NCBI GenBank assembly: GCA_016204335.1
Contig: JACQKU010000008.1
Coordinates: 10,913 to 74,912, forward strand
Reading direction: 5' to 3'
DNA from: Candidatus Liptonbacteria bacterium
GTDB taxonomy: Bacteria > Patescibacteriota > Minisyncoccia > UBA6257 > 2-01-FULL-56-20
Length of the DNA: 64,000 bases
Shown here: piece after piece, positions 26,795 through 37,156 of the stretch
Layout: the number at the start of each line of letters is the position of its first letter
How positions within the stretch are numbered: position 1 is the first letter of the stretch
Program-made: the position numbers and the translations under genes
Notes under the pieces: generated by a model
Database searches by the model: none
Told to the model about the DNA's origin: nothing
The model's input: only the letters and a program-made list of their open reading frames with translations

Positions 26795-27523
26795 TTATTT
26801 CATAATCTTGCGCGCGGTCAATAGAATCGAGCTACCATAGGGAAAGTTGTGTTTTTTTAGCCAATATTTTTCGGCGTTAAAAATTTTAAAAAGCATTTCA
26901 TTGGTAATATAACCGTATAATTCAAGCTCATTTCGTTGCTTTTTAGTGAATAGATTTCTTATTTTTTCGTATGTAACATTCACGACTAATAACGGGAAAA
27001 GGAGGGTGTTGTAATATGATGATTTTAAAATCAGAAAACTATATTTTTTAAATTTATTCGATAGTTCGCCTTTCAGGTATCTACGGTAGTGATGCACTAG
27101 TGTATCGTATTCTCTCCAAAGAAATTGATAAGCGGGGACAGCGACAAAAACAAAGCCGCCCGGTTTTAAAATTCTCCAGAATTCTTTTATTATTTCTTCA
27201 TCGTCAAGGCAATGTTCCAAAACGTCAAATGCGGTTACGATATCGAAACTATTATCGTCAAAACATTTCAAATCGCTTATCAACTGTATTGGATAACTGC
27301 TCAACCTGACTGATTCCGGACTATTGTCTACGGCAATCACATCCGCATAGTTAGCCATCATTTTCGAAACGACTCCCACTCCCGCGCCGAAATCAAGAAT
27401 TTTTTTTGAACTATCGCCGCCAATCAATTCTTTTATTATCTGTTCGATAATATTTCTTCTTGCCCTAAACCACCACATTTTTCCCGCTACTTCGGAAAAT
27501 TTTTCATAGACGCTAATATCCAT
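26795..27523 (-). CDS. Class I SAM-dependent methyltransferase
   Basis: WWFRARR, ILDFGAGVG, FDVLEH, LKPGG, VPAY..LW...D...HHYRRY. Confidence 0.92.
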   Translation of the reverse strand: MDISVYEKFSEVAGKMWWFRARRNIIEQIIKELIGGDSSKKILDFGAGVGVVSKMMANYADVIAVDNSPESVRLSSYPIQLISDLKCFDDNSFDIVTAFDVLEHCLDDEEIIKEFWRILKPGGFVFVAVPAYQFLWREYDTLVHHYRRYLKGELSNKFKKYSFLILKSSYYNTLLFPLLVVNVTYEKIRNLFTKKQRNELELYGYITNEMLFKIFNAEKYWLKKHNFPYGSSILLTARKIMK

Positions 27524-27669
27524 GCAATTCTATACAATGATTTGAATTTTAGTCATTGCATATACGCGCGCTTTCAAAGCCGATTTCTCGAAACTTTTTC
27601 TGCTCCCTCTCTAAAACTAATTTTTTGTTTCTATCCGTACCGAATAATGCAGCGATTTAATCACCCTCG

Positions 27670-28680
27670 TTAATCTTGGAGCCAATGCGGGTTTTTGATT
27701 GTCCAGGTTGCGATTTCCCGCAGATAGCTGTCGATATTCGTTGGGGGCTCCCAGCCCATCCGGGCCATTTTTTCTCCGGAAAGAGAGTAGCGTTTATCGT
27801 GGCCCGGCCTGGCTGTTTCATACTCTACAAATTTTATTTCACCGCTCTTGAGAGGTCTTTTCTTAATTGCTTCCGAAAGTATGTTGGCGACATCGAGCAC
27901 GCTACGCTCTTCTCCGGAAATGCTGTAAAATTGTCCGGGTTCCGCCTTATCAAGAAGAAACATAAGTCCGGCCGCCACGTTTTTTGCCGGAATCCAGTGC
28001 CGTAAGGAGAGATCGTTTTTATTTCTGCCGTGGATGATAACTTTTTCGTTCTTAAAAATAGCCCGTATCGTTTTGGGAACAAATTTTTCGGGGTGTTGTC
28101 TCGTGCCGACAATGTTCATGGAGCGGACTATGGAAATAGGCAGTTTGAACGTATGCGCGAAAGAAAATGCGATCATTTCTCCTCCGGCTTTGCTCGCCGC
28201 ATAGGGATTTGACGGGCGAAAAGGACTGTCTTCGTTGTATTGGACCTCGTTTCCCGCGGTTCCGAATACTTCGTCGGTCGAAAAAATGAGCGTTTTGCAC
28301 CCCGGCTGGTTGCGCTTTATATATTCCAAAAGATTCGCGGTTCCCAAAACATTTGTCAGGACGAACGGAATGCTGTCTTCTATGCTTCGGTCGACATGCG
28401 ACTCCCCGGCGAAGTGTACGCAGTAGTCGATGTCGCCGATTAATTTTTTGGTCGCTCCCCTGATCGGAGCCCGGAGGTCGTGCCAAACAAAAACAACCCT
28501 CTTTGGGTCGAACTCTTTTATTTCGTAAATCCGATTTAGATTCCCGGCGTAATTCAGGGAATCAAGAACGCGGACATTCCAATCGGTGTTTTTAAGAACG
28601 TGTTCGACAAAGTGGTGGCCGACAAACCCAGCCCCTCCGGTTACGAGAATATTTTTTGTTTTTTTGATTTTGGTTGCCAT
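27670..28680 (-). CDS. dTDP-glucose 4,6-dehydratase-like
   Basis: VTGGAGFVG, DSLNYAG, AGESHVDRSI, STDEVFG, PSNPYAASK, RPGHDKRY. Confidence 0.9.
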   Translation of the reverse strand: MATKIKKTKNILVTGGAGFVGHHFVEHVLKNTDWNVRVLDSLNYAGNLNRIYEIKEFDPKRVVFVWHDLRAPIRGATKKLIGDIDYCVHFAGESHVDRSIEDSIPFVLTNVLGTANLLEYIKRNQPGCKTLIFSTDEVFGTAGNEVQYNEDSPFRPSNPYAASKAGGEMIAFSFAHTFKLPISIVRSMNIVGTRQHPEKFVPKTIRAIFKNEKVIIHGRNKNDLSLRHWIPAKNVAAGLMFLLDKAEPGQFYSISGEERSVLDVANILSEAIKKRPLKSGEIKFVEYETARPGHDKRYSLSGEKMARMGWEPPTNIDSYLREIATWTIKNPHWLQD

Positions 28681-28797
28681 CTTGCTCATAATAACATTTA
28701 CCGTAATGCGTTTCCGAATTTTTATCAAGTTCTTAAATCAATCAATAAGTACTTTGAATTCAAATGATGCTTTTTTGCGGCCTTGCTTTGCGGGGAG

Positions 28798-29478
28798 TCA
28801 ATGAAGAAATCTATAATAGAGCAGATTTTTTATAAATTCAAACCCTGCGCCCGCGCCTATCGCAGAAGCTCCGCCTTTTCTTGATTGGAAAGTAATCGGG
28901 TGCTCTTTTATGGAAACCCCCAATCGTAGCGCCTTAATAACGGTTTCCGCGTCAATAAACCAATCAATAGATGTCAACGTAATATTCTCGTAAAAAGAGC
29001 GCCGGAACAGTTTCGGTTTTGCGTTTATATCGTTCACCGACGCGGAAAATAGCCCCCGAAAAATAATATTGAATATACGACTTTGCATCGCGCGCAATAT
29101 CCCGTCATGGCGCGCCGTTCGTCTCGCCTTAAGGAAAGTAAGATTTTCCCGCCGCATTTTTTCGTACATCTCCTTTAAAATTTCCGGACGTATTTGGCCG
29201 TCGCTGTCCGTCCATCCGATTATTTCGCCGCGCGCCATGGAAAGACCCGCTAAAATCGCCCTGCCGTATCCGGGGACGGGGAGTGCGTGGACTCGCACGC
29301 GAGGCATTTTTTTCTGCAGCGCTTCGAGAACGAGACGGGTGTTATCGCGAGAACCATTTTCAACAACGATAATCTCGAAATCCGTCTCGACATTTTGAAG
29401 CTCGTCGTGAATGTCGCGGATAATTCGTTCAATGTGCGCCCCTTCGTTATACGCGGGTATTACGATTGATAATCGCAT
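28798..29478 (-). CDS. GT2 glycosyltransferase (DPM1/GtrB-like, polyprenol-phosphate type)
   Basis: VIPAYNE, ENGSRD, GYGRA, DSDGQ, FIDAE. Confidence 0.9.
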   Translation of the reverse strand: MRLSIVIPAYNEGAHIERIIRDIHDELQNVETDFEIIVVENGSRDNTRLVLEALQKKMPRVRVHALPVPGYGRAILAGLSMARGEIIGWTDSDGQIRPEILKEMYEKMRRENLTFLKARRTARHDGILRAMQSRIFNIIFRGLFSASVNDINAKPKLFRRSFYENITLTSIDWFIDAETVIKALRLGVSIKEHPITFQSRKGGASAIGAGAGFEFIKNLLYYRFLH

Positions 29479-29709
29479 GCCTCGTAGGAAATACTATTTT
29501 TTGTGGATAGTGCATCCGACCTTGGAACACATTGTTTTATGTTATACATGACGATTCTGGTTTTCGGCTTAAAAATATTTATATTTTTTCGCCATTTCCC
29601 ACGGGGCATGCATGATATGTTACAGCAAATATGGTATTTTAGAAAGAGAGAGCATGAGAACATGGTCTTATTAATTTTGTGTTGAAAGAATATTGAATTT
29701 CCAAACCCA

Positions 29710-32154
29710 ATGCATAAACTTTTCGCTTACGACATCGTCTATGCAAGCTTCTGGCTTGCAATTGTTATTATCGTTTTTTTCTTCCCGGTGATGCTGGGAT
29801 GGCAATCACTCGCGGAAGCGGTGCCGATTTTCTATTCCCATCCCTCGCCCAATCCGAGCGTCAAAACGCCATGGCAAGTTGACGGAGGATGGCATGTTAT
29901 GGATGTTATTCCTCTTACAAAAACGGGGATTCAAGCAATCAAAGAAAGAACTCTGCCATTCTGGGCGCCTTATTCCGGAGGGGGCGAGTCGCCGGCGAGC
30001 GGCAATGTCGTCGGACTCTATTATCCGCTCCGGCTCGCATTCTTTTCCGTTTGGGATTCGGCGCGAGCCTTCGATTGGTATTTTATACTGCGTTTTTTCA
30101 TCGCTGGACTGGGAATGTTTTTTTATTTGAGAGTTATCGGTTTGAGACGCATTGTAGCCCTTTGGGGCGCTATCGCTTATGCATTCACAGGTTATTTCAT
30201 GCTGTATCTTACGTATTCATTTCTTGATATTGACAGTTTGCTCCCTTGGACGCTTTTTTCCATCGAACAATATTTTCGCGAAAAGCGGATTCGCTGGGCG
30301 GCGCTCATCGGTTTTTTTCTTGCGATGACCATCGTAATCGGCCAGCCGCAATCAACTATCATTGCGTTCCTTCTCGCGGGGCTTTATTTCATTTGGAGAG
30401 CAGTTCTCGTGAATAAGACGCGAAAAGAACAATATTCCGTTCTTCTCCATTTAGTATTCATTATTCTCATAACGTTTCTCGTCGCCTCGCCGTTTATCGC
30501 TGATTTTCTTACCCTTGCTTCACAGGGCGCGACTATTACTGCTTGGCAGTCAAAAGGGTTGCTGACGTTTGCGCCCATTCAAATTCTTCATTTTTTCATC
30601 ACGCCGAACATGATGCCGGAAGTCGCCGCAAGCGGGCATCTTTGGGACCGCTATGAAATCATCATTCCCTATATAGGCATCAGCGTTTTGCTCTTGTTTC
30701 TTTTAAGCTTCTTCGTCAAAAAGAAGCCGCCGCAGCTTGCGCCGCTTTACGCGTGGATAGCGTTTGTGATTTTAAAAAACGCAGGGTTTCCGCTCGTGCA
30801 GTGGATTGGAAAATTGCCGATATTAAACCAAGTCGGTTGGTATAAAGCGTATGGCCCGATGGCCGGCGCTATGGTCATCTGCGCCGCGATTGCCTTTGAA
30901 CATATTCTTCGCGAACGCGAGGGCGGCGGCTCGATACGTTGGCGCGGGTTTTATAAATTTGTCGCGGCAATTCCCCTCGTTTTCGCAGCCGCTTATCTTA
31001 TGTTTCGAAATGCATTCATAACATCGTATGTGCCGAATTTCGACTTTTTTAACAGAAATCCGGAGGCAGTTAAAAAAATTACTTCGCTGATTCAGAGTAT
31101 GCCGCACAACATACAATCTTTTGTTCTTTATATATTACAAAACCACGGAGGGTTTTTAACGTTGGCGCTTTTCGCCGAAGCGGCGATTTTTGGCGCAGCG
31201 ACTCTAAGTATTATCCGTTTCCTGCGTCGCGGAAACTCTGGGCGCGCGGTAATACTTATGGTCGCGCTCACTGCGTTTGAACTTTTCGTGTATATGCCTA
31301 AAATCCGAGACGGGTTTCGTTATTTTGACCCGTACGCGAAAATCCCTCCTTATGTAAGTTTTCTTCAAAATGAAATGAGAAATGGAGGAGAGTCGAGAAC
31401 GTTTTCTGTCGGAGAAGTATTTCTGGGTCATGTCGGCGAGCTCTATAAAATCGGGAAAGCGCAGAATAGCTCGGCTGTCAAATCGCGCCGCTATTTTGTT
31501 TATCTGCCGGACGAAATCTCTCGCGAACATTCGCTGACCGGGATTGTTCCGGCAGACAAACTCCCCGAAGTACCGCAAAAGTTTTTTGACGCTTATAATA
31601 TCAGTTATCTTATTTCTGAAGAAACGCTCCCTGCTCGGCTAGGCACGGAACTCATCTACGACGTTGACCTTAAAATCTATCAGAACAATTCGGCGCTTCC
31701 AAAGGCGTATGTCGTTTTCCAAAAAGAAACCGCTTCTTCTTCGGAACAGGCGAGAAGTATGTTCTACGGCTCATCATTCGACCCGCACACCGCCGTTATC
31801 CTTGAGGACAAAAACGCGCTTTCTTTGCCAAAAACGAACGCGTCATTGTATAGCCCCGCGGTTGTCGCCCGTTATACCGATAACAAGGCTGATTTGACCG
31901 CCAAAACAGACCGAGACGGCATATTGGTGCTTACCGATATATTTTATTCCGGCTGGCAGGCGTATCTTGACGGCAAAAAAGTTGCCACGTATCCGGCCAA
32001 CGTGATGTTCCGCGGGATTTTTCTGCCGGCCGGCAGCCATGCGATAACGTTCGTCTATGAACCGTGGTGGTTCTGGCCGAGCGCGATTGTTTCAATTCTC
32101 ACGCTCTTCAGCATTTTTGCAATAGTTGTGCGGGGCGCCGTTCGGAAACATTGA
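29710..32154 (+). CDS. YfhO-family multi-TM protein (GT-C fold)
   Basis: LPFW.PY..GG.......YYP, many TMs, C-terminal LVLTD.FY.GWQAYLDGK......N..FRG..LPAG.H.I.F.Y.P. Confidence 0.9.
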   Translation: MHKLFAYDIVYASFWLAIVIIVFFFPVMLGWQSLAEAVPIFYSHPSPNPSVKTPWQVDGGWHVMDVIPLTKTGIQAIKERTLPFWAPYSGGGESPASGNVVGLYYPLRLAFFSVWDSARAFDWYFILRFFIAGLGMFFYLRVIGLRRIVALWGAIAYAFTGYFMLYLTYSFLDIDSLLPWTLFSIEQYFREKRIRWAALIGFFLAMTIVIGQPQSTIIAFLLAGLYFIWRAVLVNKTRKEQYSVLLHLVFIILITFLVASPFIADFLTLASQGATITAWQSKGLLTFAPIQILHFFITPNMMPEVAASGHLWDRYEIIIPYIGISVLLLFLLSFFVKKKPPQLAPLYAWIAFVILKNAGFPLVQWIGKLPILNQVGWYKAYGPMAGAMVICAAIAFEHILREREGGGSIRWRGFYKFVAAIPLVFAAAYLMFRNAFITSYVPNFDFFNRNPEAVKKITSLIQSMPHNIQSFVLYILQNHGGFLTLALFAEAAIFGAATLSIIRFLRRGNSGRAVILMVALTAFELFVYMPKIRDGFRYFDPYAKIPPYVSFLQNEMRNGGESRTFSVGEVFLGHVGELYKIGKAQNSSAVKSRRYFVYLPDEISREHSLTGIVPADKLPEVPQKFFDAYNISYLISEETLPARLGTELIYDVDLKIYQNNSALPKAYVVFQKETASSSEQARSMFYGSSFDPHTAVILEDKNALSLPKTNASLYSPAVVARYTDNKADLTAKTDRDGILVLTDIFYSGWQAYLDGKKVATYPANVMFRGIFLPAGSHAITFVYEPWWFWPSAIVSILTLFSIFAIVVRGAVRKH

Positions 32155-32159
32155 TTGAT

Positions 32160-32255
32160 GTCATTGCGAGCGAGCAGGGCGAGCGCGGCAATCTTTCAAA
32201 TATCCGAGATTGCTTCGCCTTCGCCAAGTATAACTTGGCTTCGGCTCGCAATGAC
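32160..32255. repeat. Family-C palindromic element
   Basis: GTCATTGCGAG...CTCGCAATGAC, between convergent genes. Confidence 0.9.
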
Positions 32256-32290
32256 GGGGGAGGGCGGGATTGCGGCTTCCGAACCGCGCG

Positions 32291-33019
32291 TTACGCGGCG
32301 GCCTTTCGCGCGATTACAATAAGATTCAACGCGGTTTCTTCTTCTCCCAGTGGACGCACGTCGAAATTCATTTCTATGGGCTGGGTTTTCCGGTCAACGC
32401 TATTGACTAAGTTTCTCGCAAAGCGACGCGTATTGAAATAGTCGAGTTTTTTAACAGTGTTAAGGACTCGGCGGAGGAGCGAAGACCTCGCGAAAATTCC
32501 CTGGCCGTACATTTTTTCTATGCGAAACCCCGCATTTTCTATGAGGCCAACCAGTTCTTTTTTCGTCAGTTCTTTGATGTGGTCCGGCTGGCTTCCCGCG
32601 GTGCCCTGCGCGCGGAGAACATCAACGTCCGGAGTACAGCAAAAAAATAAACCCCCTTCTTTCAAAATTTTTCTCGCCCCCCTAAGAAAAGTCCGCTGGT
32701 CGGCCCCGTTGAAATGCTCGATGGTATGGCACGAAACCACGGCATCAAACATTCGCGGCGGGAGATTGAGCGCATTTATAACCTCAAACTTGCATTCCGT
32801 ATAATTTCTCCGCGCTTTCTCAATCAATTTCTCGTCAATATCGCCGCCAACAATGGCGGCATCCGGGAGTTTATCTTTGAGGGTTTGAGTGCTCATTCCA
32901 ATATTACACGCTATGTCGAGCACATCTCCTAGCGGCGCTTCTTTCGCGATAAGAGAGCCAATAAACGAGTATGCGAGGAACGAAATGGATTGTTTCTCGT
33001 TTTCAAATACGATTGCCAT
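32291..33019 (-). CDS. Class I SAM-dependent methyltransferase
   Basis: VLDIACNIG, GGDID, HTIEH, LKEGG, TP, H.KE. Confidence 0.9.
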   Translation of the reverse strand: MAIVFENEKQSISFLAYSFIGSLIAKEAPLGDVLDIACNIGMSTQTLKDKLPDAAIVGGDIDEKLIEKARRNYTECKFEVINALNLPPRMFDAVVSCHTIEHFNGADQRTFLRGARKILKEGGLFFCCTPDVDVLRAQGTAGSQPDHIKELTKKELVGLIENAGFRIEKMYGQGIFARSSLLRRVLNTVKKLDYFNTRRFARNLVNSVDRKTQPIEMNFDVRPLGEEETALNLIVIARKAAA

Positions 33020-33096
33020 GAGTTCAGTATGAGTATTTTAACATAAGCAACGCGATATTGCCCAAAAAACTCAAAATAGCTATTATATTCAGTATA

Positions 33097-34062
33097 ATGT
33101 TTGACTTAGGTTTCTATAAAAACAAAAAAATCGCCATTCCCGGCGGGGCGGGGTTCGTGGGCGCGCATCTTGCGGAAATTCTGCGTCCGGTTGTCGCGGA
33201 GCTTTTTATCCCGCGCGTGGAAGACGGGATTGATTTCCGGCGCTATGAAGATTGTGTATCCTACTTCGCAACAACAAAACCGGACATTGTCATTAACTGC
33301 GCCGCCGACCAAGGCGGCATCGGCTACTACAAAGGACGGCAGGCGGATGTGTTCTTGAATAACATCCAAATGAATTTGTATCTTCTCAAAGCCGCACAGG
33401 AAGCAGGTGTCAAGAAATTCGTAAACGTGGTGCCCAATTGTTCGTATCCCGGCTATGCTCATACGGATGTACTTGAAGAAGAGCATTACTGGGATGGAGA
33501 AGTGCACGATTCCATTTTCAGTTACGGGTTGCCGCGAAAGGTGAGCGTCGCGTTCGGAAAGGCGCTCTTTCAGCAGTTCGGTTTTTCGTCCATCCACGTG
33601 GTGGCGGCGAATATGTACGGTCCCGGAGACCGATTCGACGCTCAAAATTCGAAAGCGCTCGCGGCATTCATCCGAAAGTTCTACGAGGCGAAGCGCGATG
33701 GCGCTCCGGCGGTGCATGTATGGGGCACCGGGAAACCGCTCCGCGACTGGCTTTACGTGAAAGACGGCGCCGAGGGAATTTTGCGGGCCGCGGCGGTTTA
33801 TGACGACATTGAACCGCTGAATATCGCAACCGGCGTCGGCATTTCTGTCGCTGATTTGGCAATGAAAATAAAAGAGGCGGTCGGATATCAAGGGGAAATA
33901 ATATTCGACACCGATAAGCCCGACGGCGCGATGGTAAAGATTTCCGGCGTCAAAAAAATGAAAAAAGTATTGGGCTGGGTTCCGGCGACGCCGCTCGAGG
34001 CGGGAATTCGGGAAACGTTGGAATGGTTCGATAAAAATTATGACAAAGCAATCTCCAATTAG
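33097..34062 (+). CDS. GDP-fucose-synthase-like NDP-sugar epimerase/reductase (paralog 3)
   Basis: IPGGAGFVG, GGIG, PNCSYP, SYGLPRK, NMYGPGD, WGTGKPLRDWLYV. Confidence 0.88.
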   Translation: MFDLGFYKNKKIAIPGGAGFVGAHLAEILRPVVAELFIPRVEDGIDFRRYEDCVSYFATTKPDIVINCAADQGGIGYYKGRQADVFLNNIQMNLYLLKAAQEAGVKKFVNVVPNCSYPGYAHTDVLEEEHYWDGEVHDSIFSYGLPRKVSVAFGKALFQQFGFSSIHVVAANMYGPGDRFDAQNSKALAAFIRKFYEAKRDGAPAVHVWGTGKPLRDWLYVKDGAEGILRAAAVYDDIEPLNIATGVGISVADLAMKIKEAVGYQGEIIFDTDKPDGAMVKISGVKKMKKVLGWVPATPLEAGIRETLEWFDKNYDKAISN

Positions 34063-34831
34063 AACAGCAGGAATTATTGGCGGAAAGGGGATGCTGGGGA
34101 GCGACCTCGCGGAATTTCTCGGAAACGACTTCGAAACAACGGCGATTGATAAAGATAATTATGGCGAGCATTGCGGTGAATCGTTCGACGTTCTCATCAA
34201 CGCGAACGGAAACAGCCAGCGTTTCTTTGCAAATGAGCATCCATTCGAGGATTTTGAGATGTCAACGGTTTCCGTCTATAAAACTTTTTTTGATTTCTCT
34301 TTCAACAGGTATATTTATATTTCCTCAAGCGACGTTTATAACGACCATTCAAACCCCGCGGCCACCGGAGAGGAGCAGGAAACGGACGCATTGAAACTTC
34401 AGCCATACGGCTTCCATAAATATCTAGCGGAGCAAATAGTGAAACGAAACGCCAAGCGCTGGTTTATTGTGCGGTCATCGGCGATTTTAGGGACGCGTTT
34501 GAAAAAAGGCCCTGTCTATGATATTCTCCGGGGGAATCCGCTTTGGATAGACGGCTCTACTCGGCTTCAATTCATTACCACGGTGGCTCTCGCGGAAATT
34601 ATCCGGACGCTTTTGGAAAAAGTTCCCGGCAACGATATTTTTAACGCGGGCGGCAGAGGGACATTCGATTTTTCCGGCGCCGAGGAAACATTCAAAAAAC
34701 CGGTGTCGTTCAAGGATAATCCTGAACGGCAGGCCTACGAAATGAATATAGAAAAACTCGCGGCGCTTTTCCCCCTTAAAACTTCACAGGAATATGTCCA
34801 AGAGTTCATCAAAAATTTCCAAAATAAGTAA
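34040..34831 (+). CDS. NAD-dependent epimerase/reductase (RmlD-like)
   Basis: IIGGKGMLG, INANG, ISS.DVY, YGFHK. Confidence 0.85.
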   Translation: MTKQSPIRTAGIIGGKGMLGSDLAEFLGNDFETTAIDKDNYGEHCGESFDVLINANGNSQRFFANEHPFEDFEMSTVSVYKTFFDFSFNRYIYISSSDVYNDHSNPAATGEEQETDALKLQPYGFHKYLAEQIVKRNAKRWFIVRSSAILGTRLKKGPVYDILRGNPLWIDGSTRLQFITTVALAEIIRTLLEKVPGNDIFNAGGRGTFDFSGAEETFKKPVSFKDNPERQAYEMNIEKLAALFPLKTSQEYVQEFIKNFQNK

Positions 34832-35798
34832 ACGAAAAACTTCTTTCCCGAAAGGAAAAGGAAGTTTTAAAAAAATTCTCGTCACCGGCGGCGCAGGTTA
34901 TGTCGGCAGCGCGCTTGTTCCGCTTCTTCTCAAGAACGGTTACAGTGTCAGAGTGCTCGATATGCTTCGTTCCGGAGGACAGGGGCTTTTGCCGTGTTTT
35001 AGTGAAAAAGGATTCGAGTTCGTAAAGGGAGACGTGCGGGACCGAAAAACCGTTGAAGGAGCAATGAAAGGCGTGGATGCCGTTGTTCATCTTGCGGCGG
35101 TAGTCGGTTTTCCCGCGTGCAGAAAAGACCCCAAACTCTCGCACAGCATAAATGTCGATGGGACAAAAGTTCTTGTTGATGCCGCGGGAGGCAAAATTCC
35201 GGTGCTTTTCGCCTCAACAGGCAGCACCTACGGGAAAATGCTTGAAAAATATTGCACCGAGCTGACTGCTTTGAATCCTTTAAGCGACTATGCGAAGCAG
35301 AAAGTGGAAGCGGAGGGATTGATCAGAAAGAACGGGGAATTCGTGATTTTCCGGTTCGCCACCGCTTTCGGGGTATCTCCGCGAATGCGATTCGACCTTC
35401 TGCCGAATGATTTTACGTACCGCGCAGTTCACGAAAAAAGTTTAATTGTTTACGAACGGCAGTTTATGAGAACGTTTATCCATGTGCGCGATATGGGGCT
35501 TGCTTTCCTTTTCGCGCTTCAGAACTACGGCAAGATGCGCGGTGAAATATACAACGTCGGGAGCAATGATATGAATTACAGCAAAGAAGCCATTTGCGGG
35601 CTCATCAGGAAAAAAGTCGATTATTACATCCATTTTGCCGATTTCGGGCATGATTTGGACCAGCGGGACTATATCGTTTCGTATGATAAATTGCATAACT
35701 TGGGATTTTATCCGGGAATTTCCATGAAAGACGGCATAGACGAACTCATCAGCGTCGCGCAACTCATAGAAATCAACAATCCTTATCTCAACGCTTAA
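34794..35798 (+). CDS. NAD-dependent epimerase/dehydratase
   Basis: VTGGAGYVG, HLAAVVG.PAC, STGSTYG, YAKQK, RFATAFGVSPRMRFDLL.N. Confidence 0.9.
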   Translation: MSKSSSKISKISKRKTSFPKGKGSFKKILVTGGAGYVGSALVPLLLKNGYSVRVLDMLRSGGQGLLPCFSEKGFEFVKGDVRDRKTVEGAMKGVDAVVHLAAVVGFPACRKDPKLSHSINVDGTKVLVDAAGGKIPVLFASTGSTYGKMLEKYCTELTALNPLSDYAKQKVEAEGLIRKNGEFVIFRFATAFGVSPRMRFDLLPNDFTYRAVHEKSLIVYERQFMRTFIHVRDMGLAFLFALQNYGKMRGEIYNVGSNDMNYSKEAICGLIRKKVDYYIHFADFGHDLDQRDYIVSYDKLHNLGFYPGISMKDGIDELISVAQLIEINNPYLNA

Positions 35799-35870
35799 TC
35801 GCCGCGGACACCCGCATTCTTGTTTTGCGACTCTTGCGCCGCGAACGAGCAACTTTTATTTTTTATGGTT

Positions 35871-37142
35871 ATGGCAAAAACGGGTAAAAAAAGAAAAAAA
35901 ACGGTGGAAACGAGAACGACATGCCGCATCTGCGGGAGTTCCAATCTCGCGCGGTTTTTGAGTTTGGGAGAAACGCCGCTCGCGGACGCTTTCGTCGAAC
36001 GGGAAAATCTCGATAAGCCGGAGAAAAAATTTCCGCTTGACGTGGCGGTCTGCGCCGATTGCAATCTGGTGAAACTTGTGAACATCGTCGACCCCGAGTT
36101 GCTCTTCGGAGACAACTACGCGTTCTATACGTCGGCATCGCCGCAAGCTGTAATTCATTTCCGAAAATACGCGCACGAGGTGATGCGGAGATTTCCCAAA
36201 CTCGCGAAGAAGCTCACCGTCGATATCGCGTCGAATGACGGCGTGCTCCTCCGGCCAATGAAAGAGCTCGGGGCGAAAGTGCTCGGCGTTGACCCGGCGA
36301 AGAACGTCGTACCGGTCGCGCGCGCCGCCGGAATAGAAACGATAAACGATTTTTTCGGCGAGCGGTGCGGGGCGACCATTGTCAAGAAGTACGGGAGAGC
36401 GGGGCTCGTTCTTGCGAATAACGTTCTCGCGCACGTGGACGACGTGCATGATTTTATCAAAGGCGTACGATTGCTCCTTGACCCGAGGGGCGTTTTTATT
36501 TTTGAAACGCAGTATTTCCCGGCTCTATTTTTTAAGAACCAATTCGACAACGTGTATCACGAGCATCATTCGTTTTTTGCTTTGCGTCCGCTTATACGCC
36601 TGCTTGAGGCGAACAATATGAAGATATTCGATGTTGAGAAAATTGACACCCAGGGCGGGTCGATTCGGGTGTACGCCGAACATAAAAAAGGTCCGCATAA
36701 CATCCGGCCGATTGTCGGAAAAATGGTTCGTGCGGAACTTGATATGGGGCTTGACAGGGTAGAGACATACAAAGGGCTTCAGGAGCGCGCGCAGTATGTA
36801 AAAAAAGAGCTTTTGCGGATTCTCACGGATTTGAAGCGGCGGGGGAAAAAAATCGTCGGATACGGCGCGCCCGCGAAAGGCAACACGCTCCTCAACTTTT
36901 GCAAAATAGGCCCGGAACACCTCGATTACATTATTGACAAAACGTACTTCAAGCACGGGAAGTTCACGCCCGGCACGCACATTCCCGTGTTCCCGGTGGA
37001 AAAAATACAGGAGGACGGTCCGCCGGATTATTATCTTCTGCTTGTCTGGAATTACGCGCCGGGAATTTTGAAGCAAGAGAAAGAATTCAGGAAGAGAGGA
37101 GGTAAATTCATTATTCCGATTCCAGAGCCGGTCATTGTTTAA
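35871..37142 (+). CDS. NDP-hexose C3-methyltransferase (Zn-binding N-terminal domain)
   Basis: CRIC...LGETPLAD, C..C.LV, DIASNDG, NNVLAH, YHEH, GYGAPAKGNTLLN. Confidence 0.92.
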   Translation: MAKTGKKRKKTVETRTTCRICGSSNLARFLSLGETPLADAFVERENLDKPEKKFPLDVAVCADCNLVKLVNIVDPELLFGDNYAFYTSASPQAVIHFRKYAHEVMRRFPKLAKKLTVDIASNDGVLLRPMKELGAKVLGVDPAKNVVPVARAAGIETINDFFGERCGATIVKKYGRAGLVLANNVLAHVDDVHDFIKGVRLLLDPRGVFIFETQYFPALFFKNQFDNVYHEHHSFFALRPLIRLLEANNMKIFDVEKIDTQGGSIRVYAEHKKGPHNIRPIVGKMVRAELDMGLDRVETYKGLQERAQYVKKELLRILTDLKRRGKKIVGYGAPAKGNTLLNFCKIGPEHLDYIIDKTYFKHGKFTPGTHIPVFPVEKIQEDGPPDYYLLLVWNYAPGILKQEKEFRKRGGKFIIPIPEPVIV

Positions 37143-37156
37143 TTTCTTGTTATTTT

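Noticed and set aside
29460-29685. Short ORFs between the GT2 and YfhO genes
   Set aside because: AT-rich divergent intergenic region; the ORFs have no motif or convincing start signals.
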